The translations under genes and the position numbers were made by a program. Positions 35,404 through 47,278 of a DNA stretch of 64,000 bases are shown here, piece after piece. The stretch's first letter is position 1. The number at the start of each line of letters is the position of its first letter. Source of the DNA: Oikopleura dioica (Eukaryota; Animalia; Chordata); contig OU015568.1 of NCBI GenBank assembly GCA_907165135.1, forward strand, positions 372,001-436,000, read 5' to 3'. The notes under the pieces were generated by a model. The model ran no database searches and had not been told where the DNA came from. It was given only the letters and a program-made list of their open reading frames with translations.

Positions 35404-38400
35404 ATAAAAAACTTGATTCTGAAAGAAAAACACGCGAAGATTGTAGGTATTTGGAATTTTATTAGAAGGAAATATATCTTTGACCGAAAAATATAAAAAT
35501 ATCTATACATACTTGTTGTAGTGGTAGTTGCCGAAGTCGTTGTATCCTCAGTGGTGAACTCAGGAGTCGTAACATCGATGCATCCTTCCTCCATCACAAG
35601 CATCATATCAGCATGAACACCACCAAGGAAGTCTGTTCCCCACTTGTACTGAACACATCCTGCAGGTTCGCCTGATGGACCAGCGCATTGATCTTTTTCA
35701 ATTCCATTTGCGTCGAGCTCAGCAAAGCAGAACCACTTGTTTTTGCCGACATTGAATCGAGCGAACGGGAAGTCCTTTTCTTCATCTAAAGAGCGCTCGA
35801 AGCAGAATTGGTCGAGTCGATGTTGCAGGCACCAGTAATCATCAAAGTCATCGCCCTAAAATAAGCATAAGAAAACGCAAAAATTTGAATATCACCGTTG
35901 TTGTAGTTTCAGTTTCATACGTAGTAGTTGTCATTGGTTCTTCGAAAATGATGCTCTCGATCCATGGAAGAGCCTTGGCAACATCAGCGTAAACTCCTGG
36001 TGAGTCTGGCTGAGCACATCCGTAGCCCCATGAAACAACACCAATTTGAACTGGCTGGCCGTCCTTGACGCAGATAAGTGGTCCGCCTGAGTCGCCCTGG
36101 CAAGAGTCTTTGCCGCCCTCGAGGAAGCCAGCGCAGATTTCCCATTCAGGAACGAAGTCAGGTCCGTAGATAGAAGGCATGGAGCAGATTTCGTCAGCAA
36201 TAAGAGGCACCTTCAGAGTCTGAAGAACGTTAGGGCTGTCACCACCTTGCTCGAGAGCACCCCAGCCGGCGACATAGCAGTCTTCCATCTCTGGCATCTC
36301 TCCGCCGAGTTTCATACCGTCCATCATTTCGGGGAGACAGACAACGTTGGAATCCATGCCATCGAGAGCTAAAGGCTCCATGAAGTGGACAAGGCAGATG
36401 TCTCCGGCAGTGGTTTCGTCTTCACCGTATCGTGGGTGGTTAACAGAATGATGGGCTGTTCGAACTTGTCCCTCATCACCCAAACCATGAATGCCAACAA
36501 CGATGTCAGAACCTTCCATGCCGTCTTCACAGCAATGAGCAGCAGTCAAAATCCAGTTCTCGTTCAAAATCGAGCCACCGCAGAAGTGACCGTCCCATTG
36601 AAGAGAGACAATAAAGTTCCATGAATGAGGAACAGCCTCGACTCCACCGACAATTTTCTCGAAATCAGGATCGTAGAATTGATTACCGGCACAGTTAGTT
36701 CCTTCTGGAAGCTGATCAAGGTCGTCAGTTGGGAAGTCCGTTGATGGAACATCGGTTGAGTAGTCGGTTGGTGGGTAATCAGTTGGTGGCGAGAAAGTCG
36801 TGCTGTAATCATCACAACCTTCAGCTTTGATTTCCAAGAGATCGGCGTTAACGCCCCCGACGAAATCGCCACCCCAAAGAGCTTGGATGCACATTTCTAA
36901 AGTTCCATCAGGGCCGGCACACTGCTCATTTTCCTTGTCATTCGGATCAAGTTCAGCGTAGCAGAACCATTTGGCCTTACTGGGGTTGAATCGAGCCCAT
37001 GGGAAAGCCATGTCGTATTCGTAGCAGAAGTCGTCCATCTTGTCCTGAAGACACCAGAAATCATCGCCCTCTTCTGTTGTGTAGTCAGTGCTATCAGTAG
37101 TTTCTGTAACAGAAGTAGTGGTGGTTTCTTCGCCAAAGATAACACTCTCGATCCATGGAAGGGCCTTCGAAACGCTAGCGTACACACCAGGTGAATCCGG
37201 TTGAGCACATCCATTGCCCCAAGAAACGACACCAATCTGAACAGGCTCTCCGTCCTTGACACAGACAAGAGGTCCGCCAGAGTCACCTTGGCAGGAATCT
37301 TTGCCGCCTTCCAGGTATCCAGCACAGATTTCCCATTCTGGAACAATATCACCGCCGTAGACAGAAGGCATTGAACAAACTTCAGGGGCAATGAGAGGAA
37401 CACTCAAAGTTTGAAGAACATCTGGGCCGTCGCCACCTTCTTCGAGAGCGCCCCAGCCGGCAACGTAGCAGTCATCCATCGGCATTTCGCCTCCAAGCTT
37501 CATGCCATCCATCATTTCTGGAAGGCAAACGGCATTAACGTTCATGCCATCAAGGTCAAGTGGCTCCATAAAGTGGACGAGGCAGATATCACCAGCCATG
37601 GTGTTGTCCTCTCCGTATCTTGGATGATTAACATAATGATGCGATGATCTAACCTGTCCTTGATCATCGAGTCCATGAATTCCAACAACGATGTCCGTAC
37701 CTTCCATGCCATCTTCACAGCAGTGAGCGGCAGTCAAAACCCAGTTCTCGTTGAGAATGGATCCTCCGCAGAAATGATCACCATATTGGAGTGAAACAAT
37801 GAAATTCCAGGAATGTGGGATAGCTTCGACACCCCCGACGATTTTCTGCAATTCGGGATCGTAAAATTTATTTCCTCCACAATTGGTTCCTTCTGGAAGC
37901 TGGTGGAGGTCGTCGATGGGGGCGTCTGTAGGTGGCATATCAGTTGAAGAATCTGTTGGAGGATAATCGGTTGGTGGTGAAAATGTGGTTGAGACAAAAT
38001 CATCACAGCCTTCTGCTTTGATTTCTAAGAGATCGGCATTTACGCCACCGACAAAATCACTTCCCCAGAGCGCTTGAATGCACATTTCAAAAGTACCGTC
38101 AGGTCCTACGCACTGCTCTTTTTCCATATCGTTAGGATCGAGTTCAGCGTAGCAGAACCATTTGCCCTTGCTTGGGTTGAATCGAGCCCATGGGAATGCC
38201 ATGTCGTATTCGTAGCAGAAGTCGTCCATTTTGTCTTGGAGACACCAGAAATCATCGCCATCTTCAGTTGTTGACTCGGTACTGTCGGTTGTTTCAGTGT
38301 ATGGAACAGTTGTGGTAGTTTCATCGCCAAAAATAACACTCTCGATCCACGGAAGAGCCTTGGCAACATCAGCGTAAACGCCTGGCGAGTCTGGCTGAGC

Positions 38401-41400
38401 GCATCCGGCGCCCCAGGAGACAACACCAATTTGAATGGGTTCGCCATCTTTAACGCAGACGAGAGGTCCACCAGAATCGCCCTGACAGGAGTCTTTGCCA
38501 CCTTCGAGGAAACCAGCGCAGATCTCCCATTCAGGGACAAATGATTGTCCGTAGATTGATGGCATTGCGCAGATATCATCGGAGATAAGAGGCACCTTCA
38601 GAGTCTGAAGAACATCTGGACTGTCACCGCCTTGCTCGAGAGCACCCCATCCAGCAACATAACAATCATCCATCTCTGGCATCTCTCCGCCGAGCTTCAT
38701 ACCGTCCATCATCTCTGGAAGGCACACAGCATTTACATTCATTCCATCAAGATCAAGTGGCTCCATGAAATGAACGAGACAAATATCACCTGCTGTTGTC
38801 TCATCTTGTCCGTATCGTGGGTGGTTAACAGAATGATGGGCTGTTCGAACTTGTCCTTCATCACCCAAACCATGAATGCCAACAACTACGTCAGCTCCTT
38901 CCATGCCATCTTCACAGCAATGAGCTGCTGTGAGAACCCAATTTTCATTAAGAATTGAACCGCCGCAGAAGTGACCGCCCCATTGAAGAGAAACGATAAA
39001 GTTCCAAGAATGGGGGATTGCTTCAGATCCTCCGACAATTTTTGCAGTTCGGGATCGTAGAATTGATTTCCAGCGCAATTGGTTCCTTCGGGAAGCTGGT
39101 CCAAATCGTCACCTGGAAAGTCAGTGGGTGGAACATCTGTTGAGTAATCAGTTGGAGGATAATCGGTTTGTGGAGAATAAGTGGTTGAAACAAAATCGTC
39201 ACAGCCTTCGGCCTTGATTTCTAAAAGATCGACGTTTACGCCACCGACATAATCGCTTCCCCAAAGAGCTTGGATGCACATTTCAAAAGTTCCATCAGGT
39301 CCAACACAATGATCATTTTCCTTGTCACTAGGATCAAGTTCAGCGTAACAGAACCATTTGCCCTTGCCTGGGTTGAATCGAGCCCATGGGAAGGCCATGT
39401 CGTATTCGTAGCAAAAGTCGTCCATTTTGTTTTGGAGACACCAGAAATCATCGCCGTCTTCAGTTGTGTAGTCTGTACTGTCGGTACTGTCCGGAGTAGT
39501 CTCAGTTGGACCCCAGGTGCTATCAGTAGTATCAGTATTTGGAGCAGTTGTGGTACCATCACCGAAGATGACACTCTCGATCCAAGGGAGAGCCTTAGAA
39601 ACGCTTGCGTAAACACCTGGTTTGTCTGGCTGAGCACAACCGGAACCCCATGAAACGACACCAATCTGCACTGGCTCACCGTCCTTGACACAAACAAGAG
39701 GTCCTCCAGAATCGCCCTGGCAAGAATCCTGGCCACCTTCGAGATAACCGGCGCAGATTTCCCACTCAGGAACGAGTCCAGCGCCATAAACTGATGGCAT
39801 AGTACAGATTTCAGGGGAAATCAGTGGTACGCTCAAAGTCTGAAGGACATCAGGACCGAAACCGCCCTGTTCAAGAGCTCCCCAGCCAGCGACGAAGCAA
39901 TTTTCCATTGGAATTTCTTCTCCGAGTTTCATTTCATCCATCATTTCGGGGAGACAGACAGCATTCACATTCATGCCATCGAGATCAAGTGGCTCGACAA
40001 AGTGTACAAGACAGATATCACCAGCCATAGTGTTATCTTCGCCGTATCGTGGATGATTAACAGCGTGATCGACAGTTCGCACTTGTCCCTCATCTCCAAG
40101 TCCATGAATTCCAACAACGACGTCTGAACCCGCCATACCACCTTCGCAGCAGTGAGCAGCGCTCAGAACCCAGTTCTCGTTAAGAATTGATCCTCCGCAA
40201 AAGTGATCGCCGTATTGGAGAGACACAATGAAATTCCATGAGTGCGGAATGGCTTCGACACCTCCAACGATTTTCTGGAATTCGGGATCATAGAATTGGT
40301 TCCCACCGCAATTGGTGCCATCGGGAAGCTGATGGAAATCATCTACAGGATCCTCAGTCGGTGGAACATCAGTGGTATATTCGGTAGTGTCCGTAATTGG
40401 AGCAGTTGTGGTTTCATCGCCGAATATAACATTCTCGATCCACGGAAGAGCTTTGGCAACATCAGCGTAAACGCCGGGCGAGTCTGGTTGAGCGCATCCG
40501 GCACCCCAGGAGACAACACCGATTTGAACGGGTTCGCCATCTTTAACACAGACGAGTGGTCCACCAGAGTCGCCCTGGCAAGAATCCTTGCCGCCCTCGA
40601 GGAAACCAGCGCAGATCTCCCACTCGGGAACAAATGATTGACCGTAGATTGATGGCATTTGACAAATATTGTCGGAGATGAGGGGCACCATGAGAGTCTG
40701 AAGAACATCTGGACTGTCACCGCCTTGTTCGAGAGCACCCCAACCAGCAACATAACAATCATCCATCTCTGGCATCTCTCCGCCGAGCTTCATACCGTCC
40801 ATCATCTCTGGAAGGCACACAGCATTTACATTCATTCCATCAAGATCAAGTGGCTCCATGAAATGAACGAGACAAATATCACCTGCTGTTGTCTCATCTT
40901 GTCCGTATCTAGGGTGGTTAACAGAATGATGAGCAGTTCGAACTTGTCCCTGGTCATCCAAGCCGTGAATTCCAACGACAATGTCAGTACCTTCCATGCC
41001 GTCTTCACAGCAATGAGCCGCGGTGAGAACCCAGTTTTCGTTCAAGATTGAGCCGCCGCAGAAATGACCGTCCCATTGAAGAGAAACAATGAAGTTCCAA
41101 GAGTGAGGTACTGCTTCAACTCCTCCGACAATCTTTTGCAGTTCAGGATCGTAGAATTGATTGCCGGCACAGTTTGTTCCTTCAGGAAGCTGGTCCAAAT
41201 CGTCAGTGGGTGGAACTTCTGTCGAGTAATCCGTTGGAGGATAATCGGTTGGTGGCGAAAATGTTGTCGAAACAAAATCGTCGCAGCCTTCGACTTTGAT
41301 TGCCAGAAGGTCCACGTTTACGCCGCCGACGTACTCGCCGCCCCAGAGAGCTTGGATACACATTTCAAGAGTGCCATCTGGTCCAGCGCACTGTTCGTTC

Positions 41401-42897
41401 TCCATGTCGTTAGGATCAAGCTCTGCATAGCAGAACCACTTGCCTTTGCTTGGGTTGAAACGAGCCCATGGGAAAGCCATGTCGTACTCGTAGCAGAAGT
41501 CGTCCATTTTATCCTGCAGGCACCAGAAGTCATCATAATCATCTGTAGTGTCCTGAGTACTTGTAGTTGTCTCAGCACTTGTAGTTGTCTCAGCACTTGT
41601 AGTTGTCTCAGCAGTTGTAGTTTCTTCACCAAAGATGACGCTTTCGATCCAAGGTAGCGCTTTTGAAACATTGGCGTAAACACCTGGCTGATCCGGTCGA
41701 GCACATCCGTTGCCCCATGACACGACACCGATTTGAACTGGTTCGCCATCTTTGACGCAAACAAGTGGCCCGCCAGAGTCACCTTGGCACGAGTCTTTTC
41801 CTCCCTCGAGATGGCCAGCGCAGATTTCCCACTCTGGATTTATTTGTCCGCCGTAGATAGAAGGCAACGTACAGACATCTGGACTGATAAGGGGCACGTT
41901 GACGGTCTGAAGAACATCAGGAGCACCGCCACCTTCTTCAAGAGCACCCCATCCGGCTACGTAGCAGTCGTCCATGGGCATTTCTCCTCCGAGTTTCATG
42001 CCTTCCATAATGTCTGGAAGACAAACCACATTGGAGTTCATACCGTCGAGAGCAAGTGGCTCGCTGAAATTGAGAAGACAAATGTCACCAGAAAAGCCAT
42101 CTTCGCCATAATATGGGTGGTTGACGGAGTACTCGACAGTCCTGAACTGTCCATCGTCATCGTTTACTCCGTGGATTCCAACAACGACGTCGGTACCTTC
42201 CATGCCATCAGATCCGCAGCAATGAGCAGCGGTGAGAACCCAATTTTCGTTGAGAATCGAACCTCCGCAGAAATGACCGCCCCATTGGAGAGAGACGATG
42301 AAGTTCCAAGAATGAGGAATGGCTTCTTCGCCGCCGACGATTCGGTTGTCATCGAGCTGATCGTAAAACTGATTGCCACTGTAGCAGTTGGTACCTTCCG
42401 GAAGCTGGTTTTCTGACATAGGTTCGTCAGTGCTTGGCTCAACGTATGATGTTGTCGTGTCGGCCGTTGTAGTTATTACTGTGGTAGTAACTGTTCCCTC
42501 TGTAGTACTGGTCTGATCGTATTCGTCATACTCGTCGACTTGGCATCCCATCGTCAGCGCATCCAAGACGTAAGCGTGGACCCCGCCGAGAAAAGGACTA
42601 TCATCAGCGTGTCGGACGCAATCGATTCGGTTCCCGAAGTTATCTGTGCACTCTCGATGCATGCTGCCGTCTGGTGCGAGGCTTCCGTAGCAACGCCATT
42701 TTCCCTTGGCCCGATTATATCGAAGGTATGGGAAGCCAGTCTGCTCAAGGCAGTGCTCATCGAGCTGGTGTTGGAGGCAGTTGGGGTCCTCTTGGGCAAG
42801 AACATCCGCCAGCCCTTAATAAATTCGATTGTTAAAAACTTATCTCATATTTTTAATAAGAAATTTTACCTCCGACGAAAATGACGAGACCCTTCAT
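35390..42897 (-). CDS. Secreted polyprotease: six trypsin-like S1 domains plus six Cys-rich modules; frameshift at about 39040; 3' end uncertain
   Basis: Signal MKGLVIFVGGLADVLAQ (exon 42897-42870). Six IVGG...TAAHC/SAAHC...GDICL...DSCQGDSGGP domains in ORFs 38886-42662 and 35848-39078, each preceded by QLP(E/D)GTNC..(K/R)|IVGG. Confidence 0.93.
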
Positions 42898-43409
42898 CCC
42901 GTTCAATCTCTCTCGGATGAAGAAAAAGAAATCTCATCTTTTCTTTTATCATTTCAAAATTCATTGACATTCGTGATTGCCATTTGATTATTTAGAAATT
43001 GATCTTCAAGAATGTTCTCTTGCAGATTTGCCGGAAACAAACACGCATGAACTCAAGAAAAATAAATATTGATAAGCGAAAATATGAATTTCGGCCTTTC
43101 AATAGAAGTTTTTGTGTTCGTTTGGTCATTGAATTATATTTAACAAATAGTTGGAAGAGAAGGCAGGAGAGTTAAAATGAAACAGAAATTTGATATGCTG
43201 AATGTAGAAATAGTAAAATAATTATCATAATTATAAATCGATGAACTTAGTCAAATCAACAGAAGAAATACACAACAGCGCGTCATGACTCATGACGGTA
43301 ATGTTACATGTAAAATCATTTATGTTACTTTATATAATTGGGCAATATACAAATTGTAATTACAAACTGTTGAATAGTTGAATTCCATATTCGCAAAACA
43401 GAAGGGTAA

Positions 43410-46400
43410 GTATGCAGCTATAAGGTTAAGTTTTATGAAAAAAGCTTTGACAGGATGACTTCATCAGATGATTTTATTGCTTCTCCAAAGATAATTTTGC
43501 AAAACCTTCAAAAGAAAATAAATCATTTTCTTTCTCGATTCGATGAACTAACCTTTCAATAACTCTTCATTAATATTATTGTCTGTGAGGCCTGTTTTCA
43601 CCCTGAAGGTGACCTCCATTTTCGTCTCAGGATTACTAACCACCGCCTCCAAAAGGTCTTCAATATTCGATGCTACGATTAGGATATCGTCTACTTCGAT
43701 GATTCTATTCTGCATCATTTCTTGCGCCACAAGTGCAGGTGTATCTTTTGAAGGGATAATTCACAAGCTTTATCGAACAGTAATATATTCATCGAACCCC
43801 TTTCCTGTGCCAATAACAAACGGAAAAGAGATATCTTGAAGATGGCCACTCTGATTTTGTCGAATTCTCAAGCTCAACTTGACTTCCGTTCCCTTCATTG
43901 CCTCCATTTTAAGCTTCAACTCGTCAACTTCGCGCTTAGCTTCCGCACTTCTTGGACTGTTGTGATTTTCAGTTTTTTCTTGAGGGTCTGCCTCGTCGTC
44001 GGAAAACTCCCAGCCTCCATCGGGCAGCTTTCTCAGTCGTCCAGAGCTGCCAGGAACTCGACGGGGCGTGATGCCTTTGGCGGGAATCGGCGTGTAGGAA
44101 AGAACGGAACGCATCACCTGCTTGTACTTGTCGTCTTCTTTTGCTTTTTGAAGAATTTGTCTGAATATATTTTAAAGTATTTATTCGGCAGTATGCAAGA
44201 AACTGTGACGTTTTTTGAGCATGAAACAAAACCAAAACATTAAAAAGATTCATTTTAAATATTCCATCATTTTATATATTATATATAAATTTTAAAATTT
44301 GCTAATCTCATCCCGTTTTATAAATATAAAATTTTTTTCAATTGAAAAAATCAGGTCGGGCGAGAATTGGGGCGGAACGGTAGATAAATCCAGCCGATAA
44401 AAACTGCCTTACCTTTCAGGAGCTCTTTTGCAGTAGGTCTCAGTTTCGGATCCTTTTGAAGACATCTTTCGATCATTTTGCGGAATTCTCGCGAATATTT
44501 CTTGTATTTCGTCTTGTCGAGAGTAGGTTCGGGATTATTGACGGTCAGCATGATGACTTTCATCGGCGGGAACTTAATTTCAGGTGAAATTAATGGTTCG
44601 AGTCGTCTCTTACCTTGGCATACGGAGCAAAACCAGTGGCAAGTTCGAAGGCAACAATTCCAAAAGACCAAATATCAGCCTATAAATCAAATATTTCCCT
44701 TCAAATGATCAAGAATTCAAACCTTCATGTCGTAGCCTTTTTCTTGTTCCATTACCTCCGGCGCCATCCAGCAAGGAGTTCCGACGAAAGTGCCCTTTTT
44801 CGCGTCGCCAAACGGATCACCAGATATACTCATTATCGCCGACACACCAAAATCGGCAAGAGCGATGGCACCATCTCCTCCAATAAGGATGTTGCCAGCT
44901 TTCAAGTCGCGGTGAATTTGCCCGTTTGAGTGGAGGTAATCAAGTCCCGATAGAGTTGCTAGAACTGGTGTTGAAGCAAAGAAGTTCTGTGTAAGACTGT
45001 ACCTTTGAGAGCAGTGGCAAGTTCGACCTCTTCAAAGAGACCATCTTCGAATTCAGGGCGGTTTATTCTTTGCTAAAAGAAAAGATAAAAAAATCGAACC
45101 AGGGTTCAAAACTTGATTGCAATCTCGTTGATCCATTTTTATCAACCGAAACTATCATTATTTGTATCTTATCAAGATTCAAACCAGAGTTTGAAATGCT
45201 CGCAAATGCTCGCGAGCGAAAAGAGCGAGAGCAAAATTTATCATTGCTCTGAGAGCAGGGGAGCGGGAGCATGAAAATGAGTTGGCTCGAGAGCCAAAAG
45301 AGCACGAGCCCAAATTTGAACCCGCTCGCGAGCGCAGAGAGCACGAGCGCATATGTCAGAAATGCTTGGGAGCTAGACGAGCGGGAGCGGCTGCTCTCGT
45401 GCTCGCCATGGAATTGACTCACGAGCGGCTCGCGAGCAAAATTGAAAGAATATTTTTTCGCATAATTATTCACTTTCATAAATAAATTTCTTTGAGGATC
45501 TATTTTTGTTGTTTTCGGTTTTATGTAAGCTTCATTAGGTCCGTAATATCGGCAGCAGAATGCGAAAAGCCGAGAGTAAACAGATAAAACATGCCCACCG
45601 CGAGGTGCTAACTCCTGTGACAGGGACTCATATGGAATTAGTCACGGGGCCGCCGAATCATTTAAGGGTAAAACATCAAATCGGAGCGGCGCGTCACACT
45701 GGATCAGCGCCCCGCCGTGACCTATTTTTCAAAGGGCCGTAACTTATGAACGGATAAACTTTTTTCAAAACTTTCTTTTGGCTTAAATTGATTGAAGCAT
45801 TCTCTCTTTGCATACTGAAAATGAGCAAAATCGTCCACTAAAAAGTAGGAGAAACTGACATGAGTTGGTTAAAATCGCCCGCCTATCTCTCACGCTGCGC
45901 TCCTGCGAAAGTAGCGGCGCGGTTCAGCGCTCATTTCAAAGGATCATATAAAATTCTAGAGACCTTCAAAATTTGATCTGAGAAAACCAAATTATAGGTC
46001 TAACGGAGCTCTACTGACTGGTTTTTGTTTCAAAAAAATCGGATAAAAATTGTGAGAGGAGATAGATTTTTTCCAACTCATGTCAGTTTCCCCTACTTTT
46101 TAGTGGACGATTTCGCTCATTTTCAGTATGCTAAGAGAGAAGGCTTCAATCAATTTAAGCCAAAAGAAAGTTTTGAAAAAAGTTTATCCGTTCATAAGTT
46201 ACGGCCTTTTGAAAAGTAGGTCACAGCGGGCCGCTGATCCAGCGTGGCGCGCCGGGCTGATTTGATGTTTTACCCTTAAGGCCCTTGAAAGCTGCTCGCG
46301 AGTCAGTTTTTTCAGCTCGAGAGCCGATCGAGCGAGAGCACAATTCGACCAGTGCTCGAGAGCCAAGAGAGCGAGAGCGCAAAATGAAATGCGCTCGCGA

Positions 46401-47164
46401 GCGCAAAGAGCACGAGCTCTGAAATAAATGTGCTCGGGAGCACAAAGAGCATCATGCTCGTGCTCGCTCGCTCTCAAGTGAGCCGCTCGCGAGTCACGAA
46501 AATTTCAAACTCTGATTCAAACGCTGCATAAAAATGTAAGGTTGAAGTTCAGAAGAATAAAGTAATAAAATGATTCGATTCCTACATGTTCAAATGCATC
46601 CTTTAAAGTTTCTTAAATGAAGACTTAAATCTTGCAACAGTCTCTTTCATAATGTGCCCAAGTATTGAAAAATGAAAAGTGTTACAAGTTATTACTAATA
46701 TCATAACATGAATAAACTTACTTTTATGACATCAAACATTGATCCACCAGAATGCAGGGCCATTATGATCCAAAGCTCATGTTTGACGACAAAACTCGTA
46801 TGAAACTCCACTGAAAATCCTTATAAACCCCCCCTCTTTACTCAAAAAACTGACCGATATGTTCGTGTCTACACTTCATCATCAACCCAACTTCCGTCGA
46901 AATCGACTTGAGTGAGCTGGAAAACTCTTCGAATTGAATCCGTTTCACCGCCACCCTCCTTTGTTTCCCAGTTTTCGGGCAAGTAAAGCAGGCGACTTGA
47001 ACATGAGCAGTGGCTCCCTGACCGAGGACCTCGAGCATTTCATAGTCGCCCTTGTTCGTGGTGAACTCGATTTCTTCTTGCCCCGATTCCATTTTCAATA
47101 GCTTCAGGTGTTTTTCATATTCTAAAAGCTCCAAAATCAGTTCTTTGATCATCATCATCGTCAT
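43410..47164 (-). CDS. OXSR1: STE20-family kinase OSR1/SPAK; last exon uncertain
   Basis: [52 protein letters not shown], signature [10 protein letters not shown]....[12 protein letters not shown] domain [11 protein letters not shown]. Confidence 0.92.
45185..46514. mobile_element. hAT-like element in a kinase intron, GCTCGCGAGC subterminal repeats
   Basis: TIR CAGAGTTTGAAAT / ATTTCAAACTCTG; exact 8-bp TSD ATTCAAAC at 45177-45184 and 46515-46522. Confidence 0.92.
45666..46275. mobile_element. Kolobok-like MITE nested in the hAT element
   Basis: TTAA|GGGTAAAACATCAAATC ... GATTTGATGTTTTACCC|TTAA with about 220-bp imperfect inverted arms. Confidence 0.88.
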
Positions 47165-47278
47165 CTTCTTTCTCTATTTTTGAAAAGGAGAAAGAGAGAG
47201 AGAAAAACAATGTGAAGTGGGGTGTCACGAGTTTCAGTGTGAATTTCTTGAACAGTAAAATATTCTAAAGTATCATTC

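Noticed and set aside
4869-39043. Programmed ribosomal frameshifting at the frame breaks
   Set aside because: No consistent slippery heptamer or downstream structure; the same one-base homopolymer loss in unrelated genes is better explained by sequencing error.
36385-42884. Plus-strand ORFs over the protease (e.g. 41064-41657, 41733-42416, 42540-42884)
   Set aside because: Antisense shadows of the long minus-strand coding region; no independent motifs.
45063-46477. Arg/Ala/Glu-rich ORFs in 45063-46477 and 21296-21742
   Set aside because: They are translations of GC-rich subterminal transposon repeats.
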